From the NCBI GenBank assembly GCA_039932375.1, contig JBDTQD010000001.1, positions 15,844-79,843 on the forward strand: a stretch of 64,000 nt of DNA, written 5' to 3'. The notes beneath the pieces were generated by a model that searched no databases, was not told where the DNA came from, and worked only from the letters and a program-made list of their open reading frames with translations. Both the position numbers and the translations under genes were made by a program. This DNA comes from Chloroflexota bacterium (GTDB lineage: Bacteria; Chloroflexota; Limnocylindria; QHBO01). This document shows, piece after piece, positions 52,186-62,210 of this stretch. The stretch's first letter is position 1, and each line of letters opens with the position of its first letter.

Positions 52186-53360
52186 CAGTGCCCCGTCGCT
52201 CGAACCGGCAGATCGAGCGTCACCCGCGTGCCGCGGCCGACCGCCGACTGGATCGAGAGACGCGCGCCGAGCAGCTCCGCCCGCTCGTACATGCCGGCCA
52301 GCCCAATCCCCGGGTCCACCGCTGTGGCTGGGTCAAAGCCGCACCCCTCGTCCGTCACCACGACAGTCAGGAATTCATTGCGGGCGCTGATCCAGGTGTG
52401 GGCCACAGCTGCGCCGCTGTGACGCGCGGCGTTGGCCAGCGCCTCCTGCACGATCCGATACACCCCCACCGTCACAGTCGGCTCGAGGAGAGGCGGCGGG
52501 TCGAGCGAGGGGTCAACGTGCACCCGCACGGGGAAGCCCGACTGGCCGGCCAGGTCGCGGATCGCCGCGATCAGCCCGCGTTCCTCGAGGCGTGCCGGGC
52601 GCATGCGATGCGCCAGGTGGCGGACCTCGGCGAGCGCCGTCTCCGCCAGCTTTCGGGCCGAGCGCACGTTTCGCGCCTTCACCTCGGGCGCGGCCGCGCC
52701 GCCGGCGGCGTCCAGCGTCAGCGTCATGGCGGTCAGCACCTGGCCCACGCCGTCGTGCAGCTCCAGGGCAATCCGACGTCGCTCGTCCTCCTCCACGGTG
52801 AGGAGCCGTTCGCTCGCCTGCCGGAAGAGGCTGGCATAGCGCCGCGCAGTGGTGTCGACGCGGTCGGCCATCCACGCCACAAGGACAGCGATGACGAACA
52901 TGAGGGGCCACTCCGCCAAGTCGAACTCCGGCTCGTCAAACCCGAGGAGCGTGGCATTCGCGTAGACCAGCAGCGGGATGGAGACGATCCCGATCCGCAG
53001 CAGCGTTGGCCGAAGGCCGAACAGGAAGGCCTGCACGGTCAGCAGCACGAACACGACGTGGAACATCACATCGGCCGGCAGGATCGGGTAGGAGAAAGTC
53101 AGGACGATGGTGACGATCGAAGCCACGTCCAGCACCGCCTGTGCGGCACGACGGTTCAAATGCAGCCATGAGGTCCAGCGCTCCGCTCGCGTGGCGGGCG
53201 CGGGGCCAATCCCCGGAACATCAGCAGGGCGCTGACCGGGATATGGAACGGCGTTTGGAACGGCCGGTGTGGTGTAGGGCGGGATGGCCAATATGCGACT
53301 CCAGAATGGCTGCTTCCGAGTATAGAAGTGCGCGCAACCGGTGGCGATGCTACGCGTCAA
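52185..53360 (-). CDS. membrane sensor histidine kinase (HisKA_3 type)
   Basis: Four TM helices N-terminal. RRIALELHDGVGQVLTAM is the H-box. HATPase region: RHSGAAVAHTWISARNEFLTVVVTDEGCGF...GIGLAGMYERAELLG. Its stop overlaps the response-regulator start. The 5' start is uncertain. Confidence 0.8.
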   Translation of the reverse strand: MTRSIATGCAHFYTRKQPFWSRILAIPPYTTPAVPNAVPYPGQRPADVPGIGPAPATRAERWTSWLHLNRRAAQAVLDVASIVTIVLTFSYPILPADVMFHVVFVLLTVQAFLFGLRPTLLRIGIVSIPLLVYANATLLGFDEPEFDLAEWPLMFVIAVLVAWMADRVDTTARRYASLFRQASERLLTVEEDERRRIALELHDGVGQVLTAMTLTLDAAGGAAAPEVKARNVRSARKLAETALAEVRHLAHRMRPARLEERGLIAAIRDLAGQSGFPVRVHVDPSLDPPPLLEPTVTVGVYRIVQEALANAARHSGAAVAHTWISARNEFLTVVVTDEGCGFDPATAVDPGIGLAGMYERAELLGARLSIQSAVGRGTRVTLDLPVRATGH

Positions 53361-53421
53361 CGCGGCCCATGGCTGTGTTCATGGCCATGCCATGTGGCCC
53401 ATCGGACGCCGAGGAGGCGAG

Positions 53422-53868
53422 ATGACCGGGACACTTCGTCGAGGGTTGGCGCTCATCTCGATCGCCAGCCTGCTTGTGGCCTGCTCAGGCAACGCGGCCT
53501 CGAGCGGACCGATCGCGGCCACCGAGAAGGAGTGGCAGATCAGCCTCAGCTCGACCAATCTCAAGGCGGGTGCGCTCACCTTCAACGTCACGAACAACGG
53601 CGACAAGGAGCACGAGTTCATCATCCGCAAGACGGACCTGAAATCCGACAAGCTGCCCACGAAGGCCGACGGCACGGTCATCGAGGATTCGCCCCAGCTG
53701 AGCACTGTCGGTGACCCGAGCGAGCTCGGGGAGATCAAGTCGGGCAGCAGCGACCGCACCATCACGGTGACGCTCCAGCCGGGCCACTATGTCATCTTCT
53801 GCAACCTGCACGTCGGAGATCTCCTTCACTACGACAGGGGCATGCACGTCGACTTCACGGTTACCTGA
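53422..53868 (+). CDS. cupredoxin-like lipoprotein directly upstream of ctaC
   Basis: Lipobox LLVACS. HEFII ... FCNLHVGDLLHYDRGM gives possible copper ligands Cys/His/His/Met. An RBS (GAGGAGG) precedes the ATG at 53422. Confidence 0.6.
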   Translation: MTGTLRRGLALISIASLLVACSGNAASSGPIAATEKEWQISLSSTNLKAGALTFNVTNNGDKEHEFIIRKTDLKSDKLPTKADGTVIEDSPQLSTVGDPSELGEIKSGSSDRTITVTLQPGHYVIFCNLHVGDLLHYDRGMHVDFTVT

Positions 53869-53907
53869 GCCACACCAGCCCAAGCATCAGCCCCAAGCAT
53901 CCCAAGC

Positions 53908-54684
53908 GTGACAAGTCCTCGGCGCCATCTCCTGATCGCCGCCGCGATCTGGGCGGTCCTCTCCGTCCTCGGGATCGCCCTGGTCGCGGGCGTCCAGATC
54001 ATTCCGGTGATCGCCTCGCGCGAGGCGAAGATCGAGGACTCGGCGTTCGTCCTGCTCACCGTGCTGTCGGTTCCGGTCCTGCTATTCGTGGTGGTGGGAC
54101 TGGTCTACTCGGCCTTCCGCTTCCGGGCAAATGGTGACCAGGAGGACGGCCCCCCGATCCACGGCAACCGCGGCTTTCAGGGTGTCTGGCTCGGCATCAG
54201 CTTCGCGCTTGTGCTCGGCCTCTTCGGCTACGGCGCGGTGGGGCTGATCGAGATCCGCGGGGCGCAGCGTGCCGACTTCGAGGTGAACGTCCGCGCCGAG
54301 CAGTGGGCCTGGCATTTCGAGTACACGACGGCCGGCGTCGTCTCGAAGGAGCTCCACATCCCGGTCGGCGAGCGGGTGCACCTGGTGATCAACTCGGACG
54401 ACGTGATCCACTCCTTCTGGGTCCCGGCCTTCGGCATCAAGCAGGACGCCGTCCCCGGACGCGCCACCCAGATCTATCTGACCGCGACCGTGGCAGGCAC
54501 CTATCCTGGCCTCTGCGCCGAGCTGTGCGGCTTTGGCCACACTGACATGCATCTCAGCGCGGTCGTGAGCACGCGAGCCGATCTCGAGTCGTGGCTGAGC
54601 CAGCAGCCCAAGCCGCCACCCAGCGGATCAGGTTCGCCACCCAGCGGATCAGGTTCGCCGGACCAGAGCGCGGCGCCGCAATGA
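53908..54684 (+). CDS. ctaC: cytochrome c oxidase subunit II (CuA; no fused cytochrome c domain)
   Basis: Two TM helices. HSFWVPAFGIKQDAVPG ... CAELCGFGHTDMHL is the CuA site (H...CxxxCxxxH..M). Confidence 0.9.
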   Translation: MTSPRRHLLIAAAIWAVLSVLGIALVAGVQIIPVIASREAKIEDSAFVLLTVLSVPVLLFVVVGLVYSAFRFRANGDQEDGPPIHGNRGFQGVWLGISFALVLGLFGYGAVGLIEIRGAQRADFEVNVRAEQWAWHFEYTTAGVVSKELHIPVGERVHLVINSDDVIHSFWVPAFGIKQDAVPGRATQIYLTATVAGTYPGLCAELCGFGHTDMHLSAVVSTRADLESWLSQQPKPPPSGSGSPPSGSGSPDQSAAPQ

Positions 54685-56522
54685 GGCTCCTCAAGCCCGG
54701 CCTCCTGCGCGCGGTCCTGGGCGCCGCCATCGGGATCGGGATCGGTGTCGGGTCGCTCCAGCTCGCCAGCAGCGCAGGTCTGATCATCGATCCGGGCCAG
54801 ATCCTTGGGCTCGCCTACCTGCTGGCATGGCTTGGCTTCCTGTTCGGCATCGGCGCCTTCCGCTTCTGGCTGGCCTGGGCTCGCGGGCGCGAGATCGACC
54901 CGGCCGAGGAGCATGCCGCCCACGGCAAAGCGGGGGACTGGGGGCGCTATTTCCGCTTCACCACCGACCACAAGGTGATCGGCGTCCAGTACCTCGTCTC
55001 GGCCTTCCTCCTGTTCATGACGGCGGGCACGTTCGCCATGCTCATGCGCCTCGAGCTGGCGCAGCCGGGGCTCCTGCTCGGGAAGGAGGCCTACAACGAG
55101 ATCATGAGCACCCACGGGGCGATGATGATCACGGTCGCCCTGATCTCGATCATCGGTGGCCTCGGCAACTTCCTGGTGCCGATCATGATCGGCGCGCGCG
55201 ACATGGCTTTCCCCAAGACCAACGCGCTCAGTTACTGGATGCTGCCGCTGGCGATCCTGCTGGTCGCCATCAACCCGCTGCTCGGCGGTTTCGACAGCGG
55301 CTGGACCGCCTATCCGCCCCTCAGCCAGCAGGCGAACCTGGGCCAGCAGGCCTACCTGATGGCCTTCGTGACGGTCGGCATCAGCTCGATCCTGAGTTCC
55401 ATCAACTTCCTGGTCACCGTCTTCCGTATGCGAGCCCCGGGAATGTCGCTGATGCGGATGCCGATCTTCGTGTGGGCGCTTACGGTGACCGCCACGCTCG
55501 GCCTGGTGGCCACTTCGGTGGTGGCGGCGGCGTTCACGATGCTCCTCTTCGACCGCGTGCTGGGGACCTCGTTCTATCGTCCCAGCCGCGGCGGCGACGT
55601 GCTCCTGTTCGAGCACCTTTTCTGGTTCTACTCGCACCCCGCCGTCTACATCATGGGATTGCCCGGCCTCGGCGCGATCCTGGAGGTGGTGCCGGTCTTT
55701 GCCCGCAAGCCGCTCTTCGCCTATCCGCTGGCGGTCCTGTCGTTCATCTCCATCGGCGTCCTCTCCTTCATGGTCTGGGCGCACCACATGTTCGTCAGCG
55801 GCATGGCCGAGTTCTTCCACATCCCGATCATGCTCACCACCGAGCTGATCTCGGTGCCGACCGGGATCGTCTTCCTGGCCGCGCTCGGCACCATCTGGAT
55901 GGGCAAGATTCACTTCAAGGTGCCAATGCTGTGGGTCTTCGGCTTCATCTGGGCCTTCCTCATCGGCGGCATCACGGGCGTCTACCTGGCCGATGTGCCG
56001 ACCGATATCACCCTGTCGGACACGTACTTCGTGGTCGCCCATTTCCACTACACGATTGTGGGCGGCACGATCTTCGGCCTCTTCGCGGGGACCTACTACT
56101 GGTTCCCCAAGATCACCGGGAGGATGTACAACGAGCGCCTCGGCCAGCTCCACTTCTGGTGGTTCACGCTCGCCTTCAACGCGACCTTCCTGCCGATGTT
56201 CTGGCTGGGGATCGAGGGGATGCGGCGCCGCGTGGCGGACTACCCGTCCCAGTACGGCGGGCTGAACCTGTTCATCAGCATTGCTGCCTTCAACATCTTC
56301 CTGTCGGTGGCGGTCTTCGCCTTCAACATGATCCAATCGTGGCGCCGCGGCCCGAAGGCGGCGGCCAATCCCTGGCGCGCAAACACGCTTGAATGGCAGG
56401 TCGCCTCGCCTCCGCCGATCGAGAACTTTGAGCACATCCCGACCGTGAGCGCGGGACCCTACGAGTACGGATCCGGCCCCGCGTCTGGCGCTGCCCCGGT
56501 CCCTGGGCACCCGGCGCCATGA
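54681..56522 (+). CDS. ctaD: cytochrome c oxidase subunit I
   Basis: Canonical haem-copper oxidase subunit I: FFGHPEVY-like FWFYSHPAVYI, WAHHMF, HFHYT. The ATG at 54681 overlaps the ctaC stop (ATGA). The listed start at 54591 lies inside ctaC. Confidence 0.92.
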   Translation: MRLLKPGLLRAVLGAAIGIGIGVGSLQLASSAGLIIDPGQILGLAYLLAWLGFLFGIGAFRFWLAWARGREIDPAEEHAAHGKAGDWGRYFRFTTDHKVIGVQYLVSAFLLFMTAGTFAMLMRLELAQPGLLLGKEAYNEIMSTHGAMMITVALISIIGGLGNFLVPIMIGARDMAFPKTNALSYWMLPLAILLVAINPLLGGFDSGWTAYPPLSQQANLGQQAYLMAFVTVGISSILSSINFLVTVFRMRAPGMSLMRMPIFVWALTVTATLGLVATSVVAAAFTMLLFDRVLGTSFYRPSRGGDVLLFEHLFWFYSHPAVYIMGLPGLGAILEVVPVFARKPLFAYPLAVLSFISIGVLSFMVWAHHMFVSGMAEFFHIPIMLTTELISVPTGIVFLAALGTIWMGKIHFKVPMLWVFGFIWAFLIGGITGVYLADVPTDITLSDTYFVVAHFHYTIVGGTIFGLFAGTYYWFPKITGRMYNERLGQLHFWWFTLAFNATFLPMFWLGIEGMRRRVADYPSQYGGLNLFISIAAFNIFLSVAVFAFNMIQSWRRGPKAAANPWRANTLEWQVASPPPIENFEHIPTVSAGPYEYGSGPASGAAPVPGHPAP

Positions 56523-57133
56523 CCACGCATGCCGGTTCGGTGGGCGGCCCGCACGAAGACCACATGGGATTCGGCGAAGAGGATCCCGTAGCAGCGCGCA
56601 GCAACATGCTGCTCGGCGTCAAGCTCGGCATCCTGTCGGAAGTGATGCTCTTCGGCGCGCTCTTCACCGCCTACTTCGTGATCCGCTCAGAGAGCGGCGG
56701 CTGGCCACCGGCCGGCCACGCGCGGCCGGAGCTGCTGCTCCCGGGGATCAACACCCTCCTCCTGGTATCGAGCAGCTTCACGATGCAGTGGGCGGTGCGC
56801 GCGATCAGTCGCGGACAGGTGGCGACCATGCGGCTTGGGCTCCGCCTGACCCTCCTGCTGGGCGGCATCTTCATCCTGGTGCAGGGTTACGAGTTCGCAA
56901 ACAACGGCTTCGGACTGGACGCTGGAGTCTTCGGCTCGACCTTCTACACGCTCACCGGGTTCCATGGCGCGCATGTACTGGCGGGGCTCGCATTCATCGC
57001 GATCGTCGCGACTCGCGCGCGCCGAGGACTCATTTCGCAGGAACATCACACCGCGGTCGAGGCGGCCAGCTACTACTGGCACTTCGTCGACGTGGTCTGG
57101 ATCTTCCTCTTTTCGACCCTGTACGTCCTCTAG
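56519..57133 (+). CDS. ctaE: cytochrome c oxidase subunit III
   Basis: 204 aa with five TM helices. GFHGAHVLAGL is the subunit III signature. It overlaps the ctaD stop by 4 nt. Confidence 0.85.
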   Translation: MTTHAGSVGGPHEDHMGFGEEDPVAARSNMLLGVKLGILSEVMLFGALFTAYFVIRSESGGWPPAGHARPELLLPGINTLLLVSSSFTMQWAVRAISRGQVATMRLGLRLTLLLGGIFILVQGYEFANNGFGLDAGVFGSTFYTLTGFHGAHVLAGLAFIAIVATRARRGLISQEHHTAVEAASYYWHFVDVVWIFLFSTLYVL

Positions 57134-57143
57134 GCGTCGATCG

Positions 57144-58106
57144 TCAGCGCAGGATGGCGTCCAGGGCGGCCGTCAGTTCGTCGGGGTAGGCCATCCCCTC
57201 GAACTTTGCGGCAACCTTGCCGTTAGCGTCGACCACGAACACGTACGGCTCGGTGGGGAGACCCCACTCGGCCACGGCCTTGATCGGCTGCGGGTAGCCG
57301 TCCGCCCCAAGCTTCGGCTGGGTCCGGCCATCGGCGACCTGCAGGATGTACGGCTCGAGATGGATGAAGTTGACCCGACCGATGTAGTCGGGCGCGACCT
57401 GCTTGACGAGGTCGAGCGCGGGTCCGCACGTGCCGCTTGTGCAGAACGCCGGCGTGGCGAAGACGAGGACGAACGGCTTGTGAGCTGCGATCGCCTGCTT
57501 CACCGAGAAGGCGTAGAAAGCCGGATCCGGCTTTGAGTCCGTGGAGATCGCGGCGATCGCCGCAGGGTCGCTGGCACTGAGTGTCTCCGACGGAGGCGCA
57601 TCGGCGCCGATTGCCGGCGTGCTTGTCTTGTCGCGCACCGAGAAGGTGACTCTGGCCGTCTGATCCGGCTTGCCTGGAAGGTGTCCGGTGACCTCCAGGC
57701 CCCAGTCGCCTGGATGCGCGAAGTCGGCGTAGGAGGTGTAGATCGCCTTCGAGTCGGGGATCAGCCAACGGAACGTGCCGGCAGCCTCGCCCGCGGGCGT
57801 GTCGGTGCTGGTGGCGAGCTCGTAGAAGCGCTCGTCGACTGTCACATCCTGCGCGGCGAGGGTTCGTCCGACGCCATCCTGGATGGTGATCATCACGCGG
57901 TTGCGGCCGGTCCCCAGTTCCGAGGAGACGATGATCGGGACGAATTGGGTGTTGGCCACCACCGATCCGCTGCCCGGCCAGCCGGGGTACTGCCCGCCGG
58001 AGGCGGAAGGCGATGAGCTCCCGCCGCTTGAGCCGTTCGAGCAGGCGACCAGCGCAAGGCCGATGACGATCGTCGCGGCCAGGCCGCGTCCGCTACTGGC
58101 TCTCAA
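57144..58106 (-). CDS. thioredoxin-fold lipoprotein with N-terminal beta-domain (cytochrome-oxidase-associated redox accessory protein)
   Basis: Lipobox LALVACS. KPFVLVFATPAFCTSGTCGP is the thiol motif C-x4-C in a thioredoxin-like context. Confidence 0.55.
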   Translation of the reverse strand: MRASSGRGLAATIVIGLALVACSNGSSGGSSSPSASGGQYPGWPGSGSVVANTQFVPIIVSSELGTGRNRVMITIQDGVGRTLAAQDVTVDERFYELATSTDTPAGEAAGTFRWLIPDSKAIYTSYADFAHPGDWGLEVTGHLPGKPDQTARVTFSVRDKTSTPAIGADAPPSETLSASDPAAIAAISTDSKPDPAFYAFSVKQAIAAHKPFVLVFATPAFCTSGTCGPALDLVKQVAPDYIGRVNFIHLEPYILQVADGRTQPKLGADGYPQPIKAVAEWGLPTEPYVFVVDANGKVAAKFEGMAYPDELTAALDAILR

Positions 58107-58986
58107 CCGTCGCTCCTTCGACTCTCCGTGCGGCGCGCTCGTCGGCCCGATGAGTGCGCCGCACGTCGGCTCGCTGCCATGCCGCGATGGCCAGGGTCAT
58201 GGCTCCGAGCAGGATGACATCGCCGGCGCCCCACATCACGATCCCGGCGAACTGCTGGTCTGTGAAAGGATCCGGGCCCCAGGTCCGATCGAGGGTCGCA
58301 TAGTGGGCGTACAGGACCGTTGGCGCGAAGTAGAGGACGAGGCCGACGGCCGTATTGAACGGCATCTGCGCGGTGAGGTAGACCATCCGCGCGACGGGGC
58401 CCAGGCGCCAGCGGATCGGGTCGGCGCCGATGACAGGCCACCAGAAGAGGAGCCCAGTCGCCAGGTAGAGCAGGTGTTCGAGGGAGTGGAGAGCTTCGTT
58501 CTCGAGTGCGGCGTTAAAGAGGGGGCTGAAATGGGTGGCCCACATGACGACCGCGAAGAGGGTCCAGCCGACCGGCGGCCACGAGATAACCTGCACGACG
58601 CTGGAGCGGAGGATCGGGAGGAGGAACGAGCGCCGAATCCTCGGCGAGGCCACGCGTAGGGCGAGCGTGGTCGGTGCGCCCAGGGCCAGGAGCGGCGGAG
58701 CCACCATGGCCAGCAACAGGTGCTGGACCATGTGCACGCTGAAGATGCTATCGGCGTAGACGTCGACCGCCGAGACGAGCGCGACGCCGATCACCGCCAC
58801 CCCTGCCAGCCAGGCTGCCACGCGGAAGCGAGGCACCGGACTCGCCGGGTGCGCTCGATTGACGAGCCGCACCGCAAACAGGTACGCAGCGGTCGCCGCC
58901 ACGATCCCGACCCACGGCAGCGGCTCGCCCGACCAGGCGGTGAAGATGGTTGCGAGGTTTGGTTCCGGACGCATAGCCCGCATCAT
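58093..58986 (-). CDS. ctaG: cytochrome c oxidase assembly factor CtaG (Bacillus Caa3_CtaG/COG3336 type)
   Basis: Polytopic. SVHMVQHLLLAMVAPPLLALGAP is the HMxQH motif. WPPVGWTLFAVVMWATH. Confidence 0.7.
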   Translation of the reverse strand: MMRAMRPEPNLATIFTAWSGEPLPWVGIVAATAAYLFAVRLVNRAHPASPVPRFRVAAWLAGVAVIGVALVSAVDVYADSIFSVHMVQHLLLAMVAPPLLALGAPTTLALRVASPRIRRSFLLPILRSSVVQVISWPPVGWTLFAVVMWATHFSPLFNAALENEALHSLEHLLYLATGLLFWWPVIGADPIRWRLGPVARMVYLTAQMPFNTAVGLVLYFAPTVLYAHYATLDRTWGPDPFTDQQFAGIVMWGAGDVILLGAMTLAIAAWQRADVRRTHRADERAARRVEGATVESQ

Positions 58987-59025
58987 ACGGCCAGCCCAGC
59001 GCAGTGCCGTTGGGCGAGGGGGTTG

Positions 59026-59187
59026 GTGAACGATCAGCGTTCACAACGGCCAACTTCAGCCAGGATCGGAGCAATCGGGGCCGGATGTCAGGTCCAACAT
59101 GGCGCTGGTGAACGCCTCGCGTTCGCGGCGGCCAAGATCCATTCATCGGCCTTGCCAACTTGGCAGTTATGAACGCTCAGCGTTCAT
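59026..59187. repeat. ~160-bp inverted-repeat element, copy A, bounded by GTGAACGATCAGCGTTCAC and ATGAACGCTCAGCGTTCAT, with inner GGCCAACTTC, GGCGCTGGTGAACGC and GGCCAAGATCC blocks
   Basis: Seen directly in the sequence. Related copies are at 61899-62066 and 63045-63192. It lies between divergent ctaG and the ArsR-SRPBCC gene. Confidence 0.75.
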
Positions 59188-59249
59188 GGGAGAGCGCGAA
59201 CTTCTAACGGCGTCGTTGGGCTTGACAAGTAACTGAATGGTTACCTATC

Positions 59250-60038
59250 ATGCCGCCGATGGATGACGTGTTCAGAGCCCTCGCCGACCCGACCCGCCGC
59301 AGCCTGCTGGACCAGCTGTTCAAGGAGGACGGGCAGTCGCTCAGCGCATTGGGGAAGCGGCTTCCAATGACCCGCATCGGGGTCATGAAGCACCTCCGCG
59401 TGCTCGAGGATGCGGGCCTCCTGACCACGAAGCGGCGTGGGCGCGAGAAGCTCCACTTCCTGAACCCCCTGCCGATCCGGCTCGTCCACGACCGATGGGT
59501 GAGCAAATACGCGGAGCCCTGGGCCGTCGGGCTGATCGGGCTGAAGAAAGAGATCGAGGAGGAACGCGTGGAAAAGGTGTTCGAGATCTACATCAAGACG
59601 ACGCCGGAGCGCCTCTGGCAGGCGATCACCGACCGCGAGATGCGCAGCAAGTACAGCTTCGGGGTCGGCATCGAGTCGGACTGGACGGAGGGTTCGCACT
59701 ACCGGGCCGGCCACGTCGCAGCGGGCGTTTCGATCTCAGCGGGCGACAATCTCGTGGTCGACCCTCCCAGAAAGCTGGTCCAGAGCTTCCACGCCCTGTG
59801 GGGCGAGGACGTCGTGGCCGAGGGGACCTCGCGCGTCACCTGGGAGATCGAGCCGGTCGGCGACTCCTGCCGCCTGATCGTTACCCACGATCAGCTCCGC
59901 GAAGGCGCGAACGAGCAGCTATACGGGGGATGGCCCATGATCCTGTCCGGTCTGAAGACGCTCCTCGAGACCGGCGAGCTGCTCACCACGCCCGGCTCGC
60001 TGATGTACGCGCAGATGACGCCGGAAACGGTGGCCTGA
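59250..60038 (+). CDS. ArsR-family HTH regulator fused to an SRPBCC (AHSA1/START-like) ligand-binding domain
   Basis: N-terminus FRALADPTRRSLLDQLFKEDGQSLSALGKRLPMTRIGVMKHLRVLEDAGLL (ArsR wHTH). C-terminal ~150 aa are paralogous to the standalone SRPBCC protein at 62211-62666 (VFEIYIKTTPERLWQAITD...). Confidence 0.8.
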   Translation: MPPMDDVFRALADPTRRSLLDQLFKEDGQSLSALGKRLPMTRIGVMKHLRVLEDAGLLTTKRRGREKLHFLNPLPIRLVHDRWVSKYAEPWAVGLIGLKKEIEEERVEKVFEIYIKTTPERLWQAITDREMRSKYSFGVGIESDWTEGSHYRAGHVAAGVSISAGDNLVVDPPRKLVQSFHALWGEDVVAEGTSRVTWEIEPVGDSCRLIVTHDQLREGANEQLYGGWPMILSGLKTLLETGELLTTPGSLMYAQMTPETVA

Positions 60039-60110
60039 GATGACAGAGTCAACAACCCCACCGCGTCTCCGGTAGACTCGGCCACCCCCGATCAGGAGAA
60101 CCCTTTCCCC

Positions 60111-61790
60111 ATGACTTCCGCCACGCCCACCGCCGCCACCACGACGCCCGACTGGGATCGCGCACCCCTCGAACTGCCGCCTCGGACGCGGATCGAGATC
60201 TTCATCGTCGTGCTCCTGGGAATCCTGCTGGCCGCACTCGACCAGACGATTGTCGGCACCGCCCTGCCGGTCATCGTCACCGACCTGAAGGGCAATGACG
60301 TCTACACGTGGGCGTTCACCTCCTACCTGCTCACCGCCACCATCAGCGGCCCGATCTACGGAAAGCTCTCCGACCTCTTCGGCCGTCGAATCATCATCAT
60401 GATCGGCGTCAGCATCTTCCTGATCGGCTCGCTGCTGTGCGCCACCTCAGGTCAGATGTGGCAGTTCATCGCCTTCCGCGGCCTCCAGGGCCTGGGCGCC
60501 GGCGCCCTCTTCCCGGTGTCGCTGGCGATCATCGCGGACATCTTTGCGCCGTCGGAGCGCGGCAAGTACCAGGGCTTCTTCGGCGCGGTATTCGGCCTCG
60601 CGTCGCTCATCGGCCCGGCCATCGGTGGGATCCTGACCGATACCGTCGGCTGGCACTGGATCTTCCTCGTCAATATCCCCCTGGGCCTGGTGGTGCTGTT
60701 CGTCATCTGGCGCACCCTGCCCACGCGCATCGAGAGCGGCCTCAAGCGCACCGTCGACTACCTCGGCGCGGCAGCCTTCGTCGCGGCCCTGGTGCCGATC
60801 CTGATCGGCCTCACCAATAAGCAGTTCGGCGAATGGACCGATCCCGACGTTGGCGGCCTCATCGCGCTGGGCCTTGGCCTGGCCGCGGTCTTCGTGTGGG
60901 TCGAGTCGCGCGCAGAGGAGCCGATCCTGCCGCTGGGCCTCTTCCGTATCCGCGCCTTCAGCGCCAGCGTCTTCGCGATGTTCTTTGCGATGATGGGTTT
61001 CTTCGCGGCCATCGTCTTCATGCCGCGCTGGTACCAGGTGGTGCAGGGTTCGTCCGCGACCGAGGCGGGGTACCAGATCCTGCCACTGCTTGGCGGGTTG
61101 ATCGTGTCGGCCATCGTGTCGGGGCAGATCGTTGCTCGCACCGGGCGCTACAAGGAGCTGATCCTGGGAGCGTTGCTCATCCTGGCGGCTGGCCTCTTCC
61201 TGCTCACCAATCTGCGCACCGATTCGAACCCGCAGCTCGTCTGGCTGTGGATGGGGGTGACCGGCCTGGGGATCGGCCCGGCCTTCGCGGTCTTCACGCT
61301 GGCGGTGCAGAACAATGTGCCGGTGAACGAGCTGGGCACGGCGACCAGCAGCGTGACGCTCTTCCAGCAGGTGGGCGGCACGGTTGGCCTGGCGATCACC
61401 GGCACGATCTTCGGCACCAAGCTGCTCGAGGAGATGGGGCCGCAGATCGTTAAGGCAGGTGTGCCGCAGGAGGTTGCCACTGGGTTCGCCACCGGCGGCA
61501 GCAACACGCTGAACAACCTGTCGGGCGTGGGGGACCTTGGTGCCCGCATTCTCGCCTCGCTGTCACCAGACGCGCAGGCGCAGCTCAAGCCCTTCATCCC
61601 CGGCATCGTGCAGGGCATCCACAACGCGTTCTCGATCGCGACCGCCACGACCTTCTTCCTCGGGATCGGGGCTGCGCTGGTCGCAGCGTTGCTCGTCTTG
61701 TTTGGCCTTCCCGGCGGGCGGATGGGGGCGACCGCGGAGGCTGGTGCCCCTGTTGGAGCTTCGGCCGCGGAGGCGGCCGCGGAGGCGTAG
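60111..61790 (+). CDS. MFS transporter, 14-TM drug:H+ antiporter (DHA2-like)
   Basis: 559 aa. LDQTIVGTALP, GKLSDLFGRR (motif A-like), 14 hydrophobic segments. Confidence 0.85.
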   Translation: MTSATPTAATTTPDWDRAPLELPPRTRIEIFIVVLLGILLAALDQTIVGTALPVIVTDLKGNDVYTWAFTSYLLTATISGPIYGKLSDLFGRRIIIMIGVSIFLIGSLLCATSGQMWQFIAFRGLQGLGAGALFPVSLAIIADIFAPSERGKYQGFFGAVFGLASLIGPAIGGILTDTVGWHWIFLVNIPLGLVVLFVIWRTLPTRIESGLKRTVDYLGAAAFVAALVPILIGLTNKQFGEWTDPDVGGLIALGLGLAAVFVWVESRAEEPILPLGLFRIRAFSASVFAMFFAMMGFFAAIVFMPRWYQVVQGSSATEAGYQILPLLGGLIVSAIVSGQIVARTGRYKELILGALLILAAGLFLLTNLRTDSNPQLVWLWMGVTGLGIGPAFAVFTLAVQNNVPVNELGTATSSVTLFQQVGGTVGLAITGTIFGTKLLEEMGPQIVKAGVPQEVATGFATGGSNTLNNLSGVGDLGARILASLSPDAQAQLKPFIPGIVQGIHNAFSIATATTFFLGIGAALVAALLVLFGLPGGRMGATAEAGAPVGASAAEAAAEA

Positions 61791-61898
61791 GTTCGCGCAC
61801 CGGTTCGAAATGCTGACCAGATTGGCCTTGTGACGGAGGAACAGCCCGTCCGAGGAGCTGCCCCGTCGTTAGGCCGACCTGCTCAGCCTCGGACCGAC

Positions 61899-62066
61899 GC
61901 GGACCGGCGAACGCTGAGCGTTCAGATCGGCCAACTTCATGCCTGATCGTCGTTTCCACGCCCAATTCGGACGCCAACTGGGCGCTGGCGAACGCTGGGC
62001 GAGCACGGCGGCCAAGATCCGGTTGTCCGCGTGGCGACCGTGGCCGTTACGAACGCTGAGCGTTCA
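61899..62066. repeat. ~160-bp inverted-repeat element, copy B
   Basis: GAACGCTGAGCGTTCA at both ends (61899-61914 and 62051-62066), with inner GGCCAACTTC, GGCGCTGGCGAACGC and GGCCAAGATCC blocks. It lies between the convergent 3' ends of the MFS and SRPBCC genes. Confidence 0.75.
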
Positions 62067-62210
62067 CGGGCCTAACCCGGACGGTTGACGCGGAACCGGG
62101 CCGATCGCCGCGAGCGAGAAGCCGCAGGACCCCTCGGTCGCGGCAACCAGGGGCCCAAGGCCCGGCGCCATACCGGCCTCTCTTCTTGCCTGGTGCCGTT
62201 TGGCCTCAGC

